From: Bacteroidota bacterium
GTDB taxonomy: Bacteria > Bacteroidota > Bacteroidia > NS11-12g > UBA955
Length of the DNA stretch: 64,000 bases
Direction: 5' to 3'
NCBI GenBank assembly: GCA_040386935.1
Contig: JAZKEQ010000013.1
Location: 2,399 to 66,398, forward strand
Within the stretch, counting starts at the first letter, position 1. Each line of letters opens with the position of its first letter. Shown here piece after piece: positions 46,664 to 57,224 of the stretch. The notes below the pieces were generated by a model, which did no database searches, was not told the DNA's origin, and saw only the letters and a list, made by a program, of their open reading frames with translations. The translations under genes and the position numbers were made by a program.

Positions 46664-47797
46664 ATGAATCATTTATATAAACATATACTGTTCACTCTAC
46701 CATTATTTATAGTGGCCTGTAACTCGGCCAGTAAAGAAATTGCTACTGAAAGCACATCAGCAGAAACCAATACAATTACATTGAGCAAAGAACAATTCAA
46801 AAATGCCGGTATTGAAATCGGCAGTATAAGTTCGCGCACAATTTCAGAAACAATAAAAGCCAATGGCAAAATAGATGTGCCACCACAAAACATGGTCTCT
46901 ATCAGTGTACCATTAGGTGGTTACTTAAAATACACCAAGCTATTGCCCGGCACACATGTCAACAAAGGCGATGTGTTGGCAGTATTGGAAGACCCGCAAT
47001 ACATCCAGATCCAACAAGACTATTTGGTAGCAGGAGCGCAATTGGCCAGTATTGAAAGCGAATACCAACGTCAGTTAGAACTCAACAAGAATAAATCAAT
47101 CAGCGACAAAGTATTTGAACAAACACGCGCCAATTATCAGACCCAAAAAATCACCATTCAGGCCTTATCTGAAAAATTAAAACTGATAGGCATCAATCCA
47201 CAAAAGTTGAATGAAAACAGTTTGTCGCGATCAGTGAACATTCTTTCTCCTATCAATGGGTATACGACTAAAATAAATGCGAACATCGGCAAGTACATTA
47301 ACCCAAACGACATTTTATTTGAATTGGTGGATCCATCCGACATCCATTTAAACCTGAACATTTATGAAAAGGATTTGCATAAACTCTATACCGATCAGCC
47401 TTTGGTGGCATTCAATAACACCCACCCTGAAATAAAACACAAATGCAAAATACTGCTGATAGCTAAAGACATCAATGATGGTATTGCCGAAGTTCACTGC
47501 CATTTTGATGCGTACGATAAGCAACTGGCTCCGGGCATGTATATGAATGCTGAGATAGAAATTCAAAACAAGGCCGCCAATGTTTTACCTGAGGATGCGA
47601 TTGTGCGCCACGAAGGGAAATACTACATTTTTGAAAGTACAGGCAACAATACATTTGAAATGCGCCAGGTAGAGATTGGCGTAACCAATGAGAATTTCAC
47701 TGAAATACTCAGCACTGACTTCGAAAAAAAGCAAATTGTCACAAAAGGGGCTTATACACTTTTGATGACTTTAATGAATAAAGCAGAAGAAGAATAA
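46664..47797 (+). CDS. efflux RND periplasmic adaptor subunit (CzcB/HlyD-like)
   Basis: 377 aa with a lipoprotein-like signal (LFIVAC), a barrel-sandwich segment (GDVLAVLEDPQYIQIQQDYL), a coiled-coil hairpin and a C-terminal beta domain. Confidence 0.8.
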   Translation: MNHLYKHILFTLPLFIVACNSASKEIATESTSAETNTITLSKEQFKNAGIEIGSISSRTISETIKANGKIDVPPQNMVSISVPLGGYLKYTKLLPGTHVNKGDVLAVLEDPQYIQIQQDYLVAGAQLASIESEYQRQLELNKNKSISDKVFEQTRANYQTQKITIQALSEKLKLIGINPQKLNENSLSRSVNILSPINGYTTKINANIGKYINPNDILFELVDPSDIHLNLNIYEKDLHKLYTDQPLVAFNNTHPEIKHKCKILLIAKDINDGIAEVHCHFDAYDKQLAPGMYMNAEIEIQNKAANVLPEDAIVRHEGKYYIFESTGNNTFEMRQVEIGVTNENFTEILSTDFEKKQIVTKGAYTLLMTLMNKAEEE

Positions 47798-47879
47798 TCC
47801 CTTTAACTGCCGCTAACCTACACTATCAGTAGATGCAAGTCTGCTTACAATAATTTTTTGTTATTTTTTTATTACCGGC

Positions 47880-47910
47880 TTGGTTTTTCAGTTGCAAGCC
47901 GTTAGTTTTG
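47880..47910 (+). promoter_or_regulatory. candidate Bacteroidetes sigma-A promoter for the DUF4856-imelysin-HTTM-TBDR operon
   Basis: TTG at 47880-47882, a 20-nt spacer, then TAGTTTTG at 47903-47910, an exact match to the TAnnTTTG -7 consensus. Lies 33 nt upstream of the ATG at 47944. Confidence 0.35.
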
Positions 47911-47943
47911 CGGCTCTATTTATAATTAATCTAAATAAAAATA

Positions 47944-49041
47944 ATGCTTACAATTAGCCCGATTTCCTTTCTTAAAAAAGCCTCTTTAGTGCTGGTATTA
48001 GTGACTGTAGCTTCATGCAAAGACAACAAACCCGGCCCGGACAATCCGGGTCCATCTGTCCCTACTACCTATAATTTCTCTAACGTTTCTTATACCGGTC
48101 AGACCCAACGCTTGTCGATGTTGGATTCTATTACCAAATACATGAGTACTGCCAATACCGGCATGACATTAAATGCCATTACATTGAAAAACATGTATGC
48201 CAATTCAGGCAATCCTTTTAACAACGCAACGCTTGATGCGAGTGGCAAACAGTTGAAAAATAAAACTTATGCAGGCGACCAGATGTATTTCGACAACCTA
48301 TTTGATTCAATTGCCGCTAACAGTTTAGCCGGTAACAAAACAGGTTCAAACGGTGTAGCAGGTTTAGTGGCAAGTACTGTTAATCCTTCTAAAAAATATT
48401 TATTTAATGCCAATGGTGTTGAATATGCTCAGGTGATCAGAAAACAATTAATGGGTGCTGTATTTTATTACCAAGCTTTAGAAACTTACTTAGCGCAACT
48501 GGCAACTAAAGACAACAATACTATAGTAACAGGTGAAGGTACAGTAATGGAACACAGCTGCGATGAAGCATTCGGATACTTCGGTGTTCCGGTTGATTTC
48601 CCAACAAACTTAACCGGTTTAAGATACTGGGGTTCATACGCTAATCAGGTGAATAAAGCGACTTCCTCTAATGCTAACATGATGAATGCTTTCCTTAAAT
48701 TAAGAAACGCAATTTCTACTAAAGATTATACAACCCGCGATGCGCAAATTATTGTAGTTCGTGAAGAGTGGGAAAAAATGGTAGCTGCTTCAGCTATTCT
48801 TGAATTGACAGAAGCTAAAAAAGCATTCTCGGATGATGCAGTGCGCAACCACTATTTATCTGAAGGCATTGGTTTTATTCATTCATTAAAATACAACACT
48901 TATAAAAAAATTACTCAAAGCCAAATAGATGCCGCAGTCAATGCACTTGGCACTAATCTATACGATATTTCAACTACTAAAATTGACAATGCCATTGGCA
49001 TCATTAACGGTGTTTACGGTTTAAATTTGAGCGCTTTTTAA
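47944..49041 (+). CDS. DUF4856-like lipoprotein
   Basis: 365 aa with lipobox VTVASC. The size and the position directly upstream of an imelysin-like gene fit the DUF4856 family as I recall it. Confidence 0.5.
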   Translation: MLTISPISFLKKASLVLVLVTVASCKDNKPGPDNPGPSVPTTYNFSNVSYTGQTQRLSMLDSITKYMSTANTGMTLNAITLKNMYANSGNPFNNATLDASGKQLKNKTYAGDQMYFDNLFDSIAANSLAGNKTGSNGVAGLVASTVNPSKKYLFNANGVEYAQVIRKQLMGAVFYYQALETYLAQLATKDNNTIVTGEGTVMEHSCDEAFGYFGVPVDFPTNLTGLRYWGSYANQVNKATSSNANMMNAFLKLRNAISTKDYTTRDAQIIVVREEWEKMVAASAILELTEAKKAFSDDAVRNHYLSEGIGFIHSLKYNTYKKITQSQIDAAVNALGTNLYDISTTKIDNAIGIINGVYGLNLSAF

Positions 49042-49060
49042 TTCATTGCATAACGAACAC

Positions 49061-50173
49061 ATGTCATTATCAAAAATATCTCTCCGTCTTTTTATTCTAG
49101 TTCTTACAGGTTCTGTATTGCTGACAGCCTGTAAAGAAAAAGAAAAGGATAAACCGGGTGATACGTTTGATAAAGCCGGCATATTGACCAATCTCTCCGA
49201 CAATCTGATAATGCCTGCTTATGCAGATTTGAAAAAAGCCGTTGACTCATTAGTTGTTGCCAACAATAACTTTTCAACCGACTTAACTTTTCAATCATTT
49301 GTTGAATTACAAACAAAATTCAAATCTGCATACTCAGCTTATCAATGGTGTTCAACTTCGGAATTTGGCCCTGCAGAATCAGAAATCATTCGCGCCAGTT
49401 TCAATACATTTCCCTGCGATGAAGGACAGATCATCAATAATTACACTACAGGCACTTATGACCTTGGATCGGCATCCAATATAGATGCAAAAGGATTCCC
49501 TGCTATTGATTACTTATTGCACAAATCAGGTTCCGACAACAGCAAAAACTTTTCGATGCTCAGCAACTCAAGCCCATCAATCAGTTATCTGACAGCATTG
49601 ATTGCAGAATTAAAAACTAAAACAGACATAGTGAATACAACATGGTCAAATGGCTATCGGGCAACTTTTTCTAATAACACGGGAACTGATGCCGGTGGTT
49701 CAGTTGGCTTACTTGTCAATCAATTAAACTACGATTTCGAATTGCTAAAAAATGCCAAAATAGGTATTCCATTAGGCAAAAGAACATTAGGCACTCCAAT
49801 GCCTGAAAAAATTGAGGGCTATTACAGTGAAACGTCTTTGCAATTGATTACTGAACAAATCAAAAGCATTGAAAACATGTATTTGGGTCGCAGCAAAAGC
49901 GGCATTGATGGCAAAGGACTCGATGACTATCTTGACCACATCAATGCACAATACAATTCAGGTTCATTGAATACAGCCATTAAAAACAAATTCATTTCTG
50001 TTAAAACAAAACTTGCGGCTATTCCTGAAAGTTTAGCAAATTCTGTGGTAAACAATCAGGCCATAGTTGATGCGGCCTATGCAGAAATGCAACAATTAGT
50101 GGTTCTACTCAAAGTAGATATGCCATCGGCTCTAGGCGTTTTAATTACATATCAGGACAATGACGGAGATTAA
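49061..50173 (+). CDS. imelysin family (peptidase M75 / iron-regulated protein A-like) lipoprotein
   Basis: ORF starts at TTG 49046, with an ATG at 49061 (MSLSKISLRLFILVLTGSVLLTAC). Helical two-domain pattern including ...GPAESEIIRASFNTFP and FELLKNAKIGIPLGK. Confidence 0.6.
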   Translation: MSLSKISLRLFILVLTGSVLLTACKEKEKDKPGDTFDKAGILTNLSDNLIMPAYADLKKAVDSLVVANNNFSTDLTFQSFVELQTKFKSAYSAYQWCSTSEFGPAESEIIRASFNTFPCDEGQIINNYTTGTYDLGSASNIDAKGFPAIDYLLHKSGSDNSKNFSMLSNSSPSISYLTALIAELKTKTDIVNTTWSNGYRATFSNNTGTDAGGSVGLLVNQLNYDFELLKNAKIGIPLGKRTLGTPMPEKIEGYYSETSLQLITEQIKSIENMYLGRSKSGIDGKGLDDYLDHINAQYNSGSLNTAIKNKFISVKTKLAAIPESLANSVVNNQAIVDAAYAEMQQLVVLLKVDMPSALGVLITYQDNDGD

Positions 50174-50176
50174 CAA

Positions 50177-51559
50177 TTGAGTCAAGATCAAACAAATAGC
50201 TTCCATCAGTTTTTAAACACACGGGTGCACATTGCACCTCTGGCAGTATTTCGCATTTTGTTCGGAGCCATGATGTTTGCCTCTACACTCCGATTCATGC
50301 TGAAAGGCTGGGTGTATGACTTGTACATCAAGCCCCAATTTTATTTTAAATACTACGGTTTTGAATGGGTGCAACCATTCGACAGCGTTGGCATGTATAC
50401 CTTATTTGTCATAATGGCTATAGCTGCACTGTTAATAATGCTGGGTTACAAGTACCGACTTGCGACCCTTCTCTTTTTTTTAAGCTTTACCTATGTAGAA
50501 CTCATTGACAAAAGCAATTACCTCAACCATTACTACTTTGTAAGCATTGTTTCATTTCTTTTAATACTGTTACCTGCGGGGCGGTATTTTTCAATTGACA
50601 CTTATTTAAATCCGTTAAAAACCGTTACACACATTCCCCGCTGGCTGATGCTGCCATTGCAATTGCAAATGGGACTGGTATACTTTTTTGCAGGTGTTGC
50701 GAAAATCAATGCCGACTGGCTATTGCATGCGCTGCCATTGCGAATATGGTTACCGCCTCATACCAACCTGCCTATCATTGGTGGTTTTATGGAAGAATTA
50801 TGGGTGGCCTATCTCTTCAGTTGGTTTGGCGCCATTTATGATTTGAGCATTCCGTTCTTATTGATTTTCAAACGCACCCGAACCATCGCCTACGGACTGG
50901 TTATTATTTTCCATATTGCAACTGCCATTTTATTTCCAATTGGCATGTTTCCATACATCATGATTATTTGCACATTGATATTCTTTTCTGAAAGTTTTCA
51001 TTTGCGCTTTATACAAATTATACAACAACTGATTGAAAGTTTGCATTTGTATAAATCAGAAAATAGAGTTTCAGAAATCAAACCTTATTTATTCTCTATT
51101 CGTCTTAAAAAAATTTTAACTCTGGTCCTCATCACCCATTTTTCAATACAACTGTTTATGCCTTTCCGCTACTTATTATACCCGGGGAAACTTTTCTGGA
51201 CAGAACAGGGTTACCGCTTCTCGTGGCGCGTTATGTTAATGGAGAAAGCAGGCAAAACATTCTTTTATGTGAAAGACAAAACCACTCAAAAAAGTGGTGA
51301 GGTTATGATGAGCGAAATATTAACACCCAATCAAGAAAAGATGATGGCTACTCAGCCTGATATGATATTACAATACGCCCACTTCTTGAAACAAAAATAT
51401 CAAGAACAGGGCATCGCTAATCCTGAAATAAAAGTTTTGAGTTATGTTAGTTTAAATGGCAGTGGCAGTCGCTTATTTATTGACTCTTCAGTAGACTTAA
51501 CAACTCAAAAAGAAAGTTTCAGAAACAAAACATGGATACTCCCATTTACTACAAACTAA
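50177..51559 (+). CDS. HTTM domain-containing membrane protein (vitamin K-dependent gamma-carboxylase-like)
   Basis: 460 aa with a TTG start. The N-terminal VHIAPLAVFRILFGAMMF... and the following TM pattern (NHYYFVSIVSFLL, FFAGVAKINADWL) match the HTTM domain. Confidence 0.7.
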   Translation: MSQDQTNSFHQFLNTRVHIAPLAVFRILFGAMMFASTLRFMLKGWVYDLYIKPQFYFKYYGFEWVQPFDSVGMYTLFVIMAIAALLIMLGYKYRLATLLFFLSFTYVELIDKSNYLNHYYFVSIVSFLLILLPAGRYFSIDTYLNPLKTVTHIPRWLMLPLQLQMGLVYFFAGVAKINADWLLHALPLRIWLPPHTNLPIIGGFMEELWVAYLFSWFGAIYDLSIPFLLIFKRTRTIAYGLVIIFHIATAILFPIGMFPYIMIICTLIFFSESFHLRFIQIIQQLIESLHLYKSENRVSEIKPYLFSIRLKKILTLVLITHFSIQLFMPFRYLLYPGKLFWTEQGYRFSWRVMLMEKAGKTFFYVKDKTTQKSGEVMMSEILTPNQEKMMATQPDMILQYAHFLKQKYQEQGIANPEIKVLSYVSLNGSGSRLFIDSSVDLTTQKESFRNKTWILPFTTN

Positions 51560-51563
51560 CTGA

Positions 51564-53780
51564 ATGTCATTTTATCGCCTAACCATATCTCTTATTTTAA
51601 TCAGCTTGCATGGCATTGTACAGGCACAACACAAAGGAGTAAAGGATAGCATTAAGCACAATAAGGACACTGTATTCAGCATGAATACCCTCATTATTGA
51701 AACAGACAGGATTAAACAAACTCACCTCAATCAACTGGAAGGCACAGCCATATATGCCGGCAAGAAAAGTGAAGTGATACTACTGAGCAACACGGCAGGC
51801 AATACGGCAACAAACAACGCCCGTCAGATATACAACAAAATAGCCGGTCTTAATATTTGGGAAAGTGATGGAGCCGGTATGCAGTTAGGCATTGGCGGTC
51901 GTGGATTAAATCCCAATCGCGTTTCGAATTTCAACACCCGTCAAAATGGATACGACATCAGTGCAGACGCTTTGGGCTATCCCGAAAGTTATTACTCACC
52001 GCCTACCGAGGCATTGGAACGCATTGAAGTTGTTAGAGGTGCTGCATCATTGCAATACGGTACACAGTTTGGTGGATTTATCAATTTTAAATTCAAACAA
52101 CCTCCCCCTGATAAAGTATTTCAGATAGAAGCCAGACAAACTATCGCATCATTTGGTTTTTACAATGCCTATACAAGCATTGCAGGCACAAAAAACAAAT
52201 TCAGTTACTTTGCCTTTCACCAATACAAAAGAGGTGATGGATGGCGCAAGAATTCAGAATTCAATGTGCACACCGCCCACGCTTCAGTCAGTTATAAATT
52301 TACTTCTAAAATAAAACTAACGGCTGAATACACTTTCATGGATTACTTGACACATCAGGCCGGTGGTTTGACTGACAATCAATTTAAAACCAATCCCCGT
52401 GAATCATACCGTTCGCGTAACTGGTTCAAAGTAAACTGGAATCTGGCGGCATTGAATCTCGACTACAATATCTCATCAAATGCACGATTAAATTTCAGAA
52501 TGTTCGGTTTGTACGCACAGCGAGATGCTCTGGGTTTTCTAGGATTTATTAACCGCACCGACCCTATGCAAGAGCGCGATTTATTGCAGGATAAATTCAG
52601 AAATACCGGTGCTGAATTGCGCTATGTATACCGTTATAAATTGCACAACCAAATTTCCACTTTACTAGTAGGATCAAGACTTTACAAAGGATTTACATTT
52701 CGCAAACAGGGCTATGGCAGCAAAGGTAGCGATGCAGATTTCAACTACCTCAATCCCGGTGATTTGGAACACTCCGACTATAAATTTCCCAGTGGCAACA
52801 CCGCAGTATTTGCAGAAAATATTTTCAAACTTTCTCCTCGCATGACCGTCACTCCCGGCTTGCGTATGGAACACATCTCCACACAATCTATCGGTTATTA
52901 CAACGAACAATATACCGACCTGGCAGGCAATATTATTTACAAAAACAAAGTTGAGGACAATCGCAACAGCAAACGTAATTTCCTTTTGGCAGGCTTGGGA
53001 ATCAGTTATAAAATAACACCAACCATTGAAACCTACGCCAACTTTTCACAAAACTACCGATCAATTAATTTCAATGACATGCGCATTGTTAATCCCAATT
53101 CAAGAGTTGACAATAACTTAAAAGATGAAACAGGGTTCTCCACAGATTGGGGCATACGCGGAAATTTGAAAAAAAACATCACCTTCGACATCAGTGCTTT
53201 TTATTTGAGATACAACAATCGCATCGGTGCCATATTTCTTGTTGATTCATTTACTTACCAACCCTATCGCTACCGCACCAATATTTCCGATTCACGCAAT
53301 ATCGGGATAGAATCATTGGTGGAGGTAGATGCAATGGGATTATTATTTAAAAAGAAACACAAATTGGGTATAACAGTATTTGGGAATTTTTCATTTATTG
53401 ACGCCCGCTATACTGACAGCAAACAAGCTGCATTCACCAATAAAAAAGTAGAATTTGTTCCAAAAACAATTTTACGAACAGGCATTAGTTTCAGTTATCA
53501 AACATTTAAACTCACTTATCAGTTTGCACATACAGGCGATCAATTTACTGACGCTTCAAACACCGTTTATTCTGCCAATGCTGTCACCGGATTAATTCCT
53601 GCTTATACTGTGATGGACCTTGCCATAAGCTATCAATACAAAAAAATATCACTGGCAACCGGCATCAACAATCTGAGCAATAATATGTACTTTACAAGAC
53701 GTGCTGATGGCTATCCCGGGCCTGGCATTATCCCTTCTGATGGTCGCAGCGTTTACCTAACGCTTGGTGTAAAAATTTAA
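51564..53780 (+). CDS. TonB-dependent receptor (siderophore-receptor-like)
   Basis: 738 aa with a signal peptide, a plug domain (ERIEVVRGAASLQYGTQFGGFINF) and a beta-barrel ending in ...GRSVYLTLGVKI. Confidence 0.85.
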   Translation: MSFYRLTISLILISLHGIVQAQHKGVKDSIKHNKDTVFSMNTLIIETDRIKQTHLNQLEGTAIYAGKKSEVILLSNTAGNTATNNARQIYNKIAGLNIWESDGAGMQLGIGGRGLNPNRVSNFNTRQNGYDISADALGYPESYYSPPTEALERIEVVRGAASLQYGTQFGGFINFKFKQPPPDKVFQIEARQTIASFGFYNAYTSIAGTKNKFSYFAFHQYKRGDGWRKNSEFNVHTAHASVSYKFTSKIKLTAEYTFMDYLTHQAGGLTDNQFKTNPRESYRSRNWFKVNWNLAALNLDYNISSNARLNFRMFGLYAQRDALGFLGFINRTDPMQERDLLQDKFRNTGAELRYVYRYKLHNQISTLLVGSRLYKGFTFRKQGYGSKGSDADFNYLNPGDLEHSDYKFPSGNTAVFAENIFKLSPRMTVTPGLRMEHISTQSIGYYNEQYTDLAGNIIYKNKVEDNRNSKRNFLLAGLGISYKITPTIETYANFSQNYRSINFNDMRIVNPNSRVDNNLKDETGFSTDWGIRGNLKKNITFDISAFYLRYNNRIGAIFLVDSFTYQPYRYRTNISDSRNIGIESLVEVDAMGLLFKKKHKLGITVFGNFSFIDARYTDSKQAAFTNKKVEFVPKTILRTGISFSYQTFKLTYQFAHTGDQFTDASNTVYSANAVTGLIPAYTVMDLAISYQYKKISLATGINNLSNNMYFTRRADGYPGPGIIPSDGRSVYLTLGVKI

Positions 53781-53784
53781 GATT

Positions 53785-56700
53785 TTAAAACAAATACCTC
53801 GCTTCGGCTCTGCCGATGTGAATGGTTTTAAATGTCTGTGTTTTGCGCCCCTCGTAGGTGAGGTTAATTTGAATATTGCCCGCTACTTTACCACCAAAAC
53901 CCAGATTCCATGTAAGGTTATTGCCATTGCTTAATCCATTCAGTAAATCAAAAGCGAGGGGACTGTTTGAGTTACCTTTGTAATTGATGCTGTGATAGGT
54001 AAATTTCGCATCGATGTTTCCCTTGTTTACTACAAAGTAACGCACCTCAGTTCCAAGCTCAGCAATATAGGCTTCTTCACCACCCAATTCTTTGGCGTTA
54101 AATGCCTCTAAGTATTTATAAAACAATCCCATTCTAAAACCTTTGATGTGCTGATAAAACAATTCAGGAAACACTGAACGCGTATTGTAATTGTAATTCC
54201 TATTGACAAAAAACTGATTGGTATTGGTTTTATTCTGCATTTCAAACGCATTCACTAAATTGACTGCTTTACTGAAACTGTAACGCACAATCATGTTTTG
54301 TTTGTCGATTTTACGCCACTCAAATCCGCTGTTTAAAAATGTTTTGGTGCGCCCGGTTTGAATGGTATGCTCGATTCCAAACTTGGCACTGGTGCGATTG
54401 TAAAAAGTAGTTTGTTTGATTAAGCTACTGACTGCAATCAATGAGGTGTCTGCCACATCCAATTTAAAAGGATTGATGATTGTAGAGAATCTATTATCTG
54501 TTATTTTGCGATCAGCTTTATACGAAGTGATGGTATTGAAACGCGACAGTGAGCGCTTAAACCAGCGTTTGGTTTGCCACGACTGAGGAGCCTGAATGCG
54601 CAGCGTTTGATTGAATTCATTGGTATTACTTCTTATGAATTCATTGGTAGGAATGTATACTTTTACATAACGTCCCTGATCGGTATAGGTAGCCAATTCA
54701 AACTCATTCAATTCTTCGATGCCATTGCCATTATAATCAACCCAGGTATAATTACCCTGACCCGGCTGTACCAATGTAAAAGTAAATTGCCGCTTTTGCT
54801 CACGACCTGTACCAATTTGGTAGTAGGTAGTGGTTGATACTACTCTTTTAAACAGATTGGCACTGTGCTCAATTCTATTCAGAATAGTTTGTTCAGCATC
54901 GGGTGAAGTAACATTTTTAATATTCCGAAAATTAGTGGTAACACTTAGTCGGTTGCTCTTTGCGCTGTTGTACTCTGCTGTTGATGTGGCATTGTACGCA
55001 ACTGCCGACTGTGCAAGCGATTGCTGTTCCGGCAAATAATCTGTGCGGGCTGATCCTTCTAATTTATACTTCCATCGCAGTGTATTCACACTTTGAATAT
55101 AAGCAGAAACCTGATTGAAAGCATAAGTTCCAAAGGCCAGATTGTTACTTGTATCAATCATAAACAAACTTTGCTCAGTACTGGCTTCAGAACCAATTTT
55201 TAATTTTTTAAATGTATAGCCTATTCCGGCTCGATACCGACTGAATTGATTGGTTTGCTTAATACCGGTTGTACGATTATCAGTAGTTTGCAATTCTGTT
55301 TGACTCAGTAACTGCAATTGTTTTCCTGTATACGCCAACTCACCAACCCCGCGATAACCGGCAAACAACTTATCCTTATTGTAATTGGATAATTCTATGG
55401 TCAGTTTTGTTTTTTCTTTATAGGTTGCCGATGATTTAACAGCACCTATCAGCTCATTCAGTCCACCTTTCTGATTGCCATTATTATTCAGTTGTCGGTT
55501 CCAAATCCTGTCGAATTCTACTGCGCGATAACGCTCTACATAATTGAAATTCTTATTGGCAAATTCCACTTTTACTTCGTTGTCAAATTGAAAATCCCTG
55601 TATTTGATCCCTTTTTGTGTAAAGCTTGTAAACAATCCAAATCCATCATCATCTCTTTTATCCAATGCACTGAGTGTGTTTTTATCAAATTTCGAATATG
55701 CCCCTTCTAATTTAAGAGTGGTTTGCTTATTGACTTTCAAAGTACTTGAAGCTGTTAACATCTGCATTTTATTTGGCGCCACAAGTTCAATATAAGGCTC
55801 ATAACTTCCCTGTGGCTGGCCGCTAACAGGTTCAACCCAGGCATACACCCTGCCATTAGATGAACTGGCTACAGAAATATAATTCCCTTTGCCAGTGCCT
55901 ACCAAAGAAAAACTGACCGTATAAAATGTATCAGATGACCCTTCAGTGGCCTGAATAAATATAGGATAACCCAATGAATCAATTTTGCGGTACATCACTC
56001 TGTCTTTTTGAAAAACAGTATATGTTTTTAAGTTCTGATATAAGGCCTGACCATCGCCTGCATTCTCGAGAATTTTAGTAATATTATTTCTGTTTGATGT
56101 ATCTGTTGGCTGTTGCTTATTGTCCTGTTCGCTGAAATACTGAATACTGGTGAGCCATTTTCCTTTTTTAAAATCATGTCCTGTTTGCAACACTGAACGG
56201 GCATAATTGCGGTCGCTGTACTGAAATTCTACCACTATCCTGCTGTATTGTGTAATTAACTTGCGGGGCATAAAAGTTAATTCACCCGTGTTGTAATCGA
56301 TGACATAATCATTTTGCTGACCTCTGCTTAATTTCTCACCATCGACATACACCACTTCTGTTCCTGAAATAATGATGATGTTCAATTCATTGTTGGCGCC
56401 TGATAATCTGTAAGGACCTTGATTGCCCTCACTTCCCTGAATTTCATTTCTCACAAATCTTCCACGCGAAACAGCTGCATCGGCATGCATGTGGTACTGT
56501 AATTTATTACCCATTCGATGATCGAATTGTACACCTCTCGATTTTTTATTGTACTTCATGAAATAATTACCGGTGTTTGACCGCATCAGCACATCACCCA
56601 CTGTTAATGCGCTGCTGTCTTTCTGAAGTGTGATGTACACTTTATCAAAGTCTTGTATTTGCTGGGTATTCCCATCGGGTTGTATGGGATTGTTTTCATC

Positions 56701-57219
56701 ACTGATGGCGGCTAAAATAGAAATTCCCTTACCCAAATTACCGCTCAGTTGTAAATTTAAATTGCTATTGACAACAACATCCTGATTGTTACCAAACCCT
56801 AATCCCCGGGCAATATTACCATTGATATTTAACCCCGAATTACCAAATAACAAACTCGAATTATCCTGCCTGTAATCGTAAAAGTTTTCAGGACGTGGAA
56901 TATCAGTAGGCTCTATCATCAAAGGGTTTTTGTGGGTATAACTCTTACTGATATTAACCTGAATGATGCGGTAGTAAATTTTAATGGCACCTTTAAGCAC
57001 AGTGGTATCAATTATCAGGCAACCCCTTCTCTCATTGAATTGATAGCCCTTTTCAATTAATTCACCTTGCTTAAATACGAATACGGAATTGGCCACCACC
57101 GGCATTGAATCCAATTTCAGAGTATCTGCATTCACCCGCCACTCGCGTATTTTTAGCGTTTGTGCATTCATTTGAATGCCCGCCAACATTAGCAATATGA
57201 GGACGTAGCAGTGTTTCAA
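53785..57219 (-). CDS. large predicted outer-membrane beta-barrel protein, function unknown
   Basis: 1144 aa with signal MKHCYVLILLMLAGIQMNAQ. Long runs of alternating-polarity strands rich in Y/N/G/T, with a C-terminal ...RAEARYLF aromatic terminus. The start lies 5 nt after the kinase stop. Confidence 0.55.
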   Translation of the reverse strand: MKHCYVLILLMLAGIQMNAQTLKIREWRVNADTLKLDSMPVVANSVFVFKQGELIEKGYQFNERRGCLIIDTTVLKGAIKIYYRIIQVNISKSYTHKNPLMIEPTDIPRPENFYDYRQDNSSLLFGNSGLNINGNIARGLGFGNNQDVVVNSNLNLQLSGNLGKGISILAAISDENNPIQPDGNTQQIQDFDKVYITLQKDSSALTVGDVLMRSNTGNYFMKYNKKSRGVQFDHRMGNKLQYHMHADAAVSRGRFVRNEIQGSEGNQGPYRLSGANNELNIIIISGTEVVYVDGEKLSRGQQNDYVIDYNTGELTFMPRKLITQYSRIVVEFQYSDRNYARSVLQTGHDFKKGKWLTSIQYFSEQDNKQQPTDTSNRNNITKILENAGDGQALYQNLKTYTVFQKDRVMYRKIDSLGYPIFIQATEGSSDTFYTVSFSLVGTGKGNYISVASSSNGRVYAWVEPVSGQPQGSYEPYIELVAPNKMQMLTASSTLKVNKQTTLKLEGAYSKFDKNTLSALDKRDDDGFGLFTSFTQKGIKYRDFQFDNEVKVEFANKNFNYVERYRAVEFDRIWNRQLNNNGNQKGGLNELIGAVKSSATYKEKTKLTIELSNYNKDKLFAGYRGVGELAYTGKQLQLLSQTELQTTDNRTTGIKQTNQFSRYRAGIGYTFKKLKIGSEASTEQSLFMIDTSNNLAFGTYAFNQVSAYIQSVNTLRWKYKLEGSARTDYLPEQQSLAQSAVAYNATSTAEYNSAKSNRLSVTTNFRNIKNVTSPDAEQTILNRIEHSANLFKRVVSTTTYYQIGTGREQKRQFTFTLVQPGQGNYTWVDYNGNGIEELNEFELATYTDQGRYVKVYIPTNEFIRSNTNEFNQTLRIQAPQSWQTKRWFKRSLSRFNTITSYKADRKITDNRFSTIINPFKLDVADTSLIAVSSLIKQTTFYNRTSAKFGIEHTIQTGRTKTFLNSGFEWRKIDKQNMIVRYSFSKAVNLVNAFEMQNKTNTNQFFVNRNYNYNTRSVFPELFYQHIKGFRMGLFYKYLEAFNAKELGGEEAYIAELGTEVRYFVVNKGNIDAKFTYHSINYKGNSNSPLAFDLLNGLSNGNNLTWNLGFGGKVAGNIQINLTYEGRKTQTFKTIHIGRAEARYLF

Positions 57220-57224
57220 TGGTT

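Noticed and set aside
47876-47901. 7-bp hairpin cggcttg / caagccg after the RND adaptor gene, considered as a terminator.
   Set aside because: The stem is short, the loop is 12 nt, and the region overlaps a better-fitting promoter (-33/-7). It could be a weak terminator but is not convincing.
47911-47943. AT-rich stretch tatttataattaatctaaataaaaata considered as a Fur box for the imelysin/TBDR operon.
   Set aside because: It has only loose dyad symmetry and no clear match to the GATAATGATAATCATTATC-type consensus. I cannot separate it from background AT-richness by eye.
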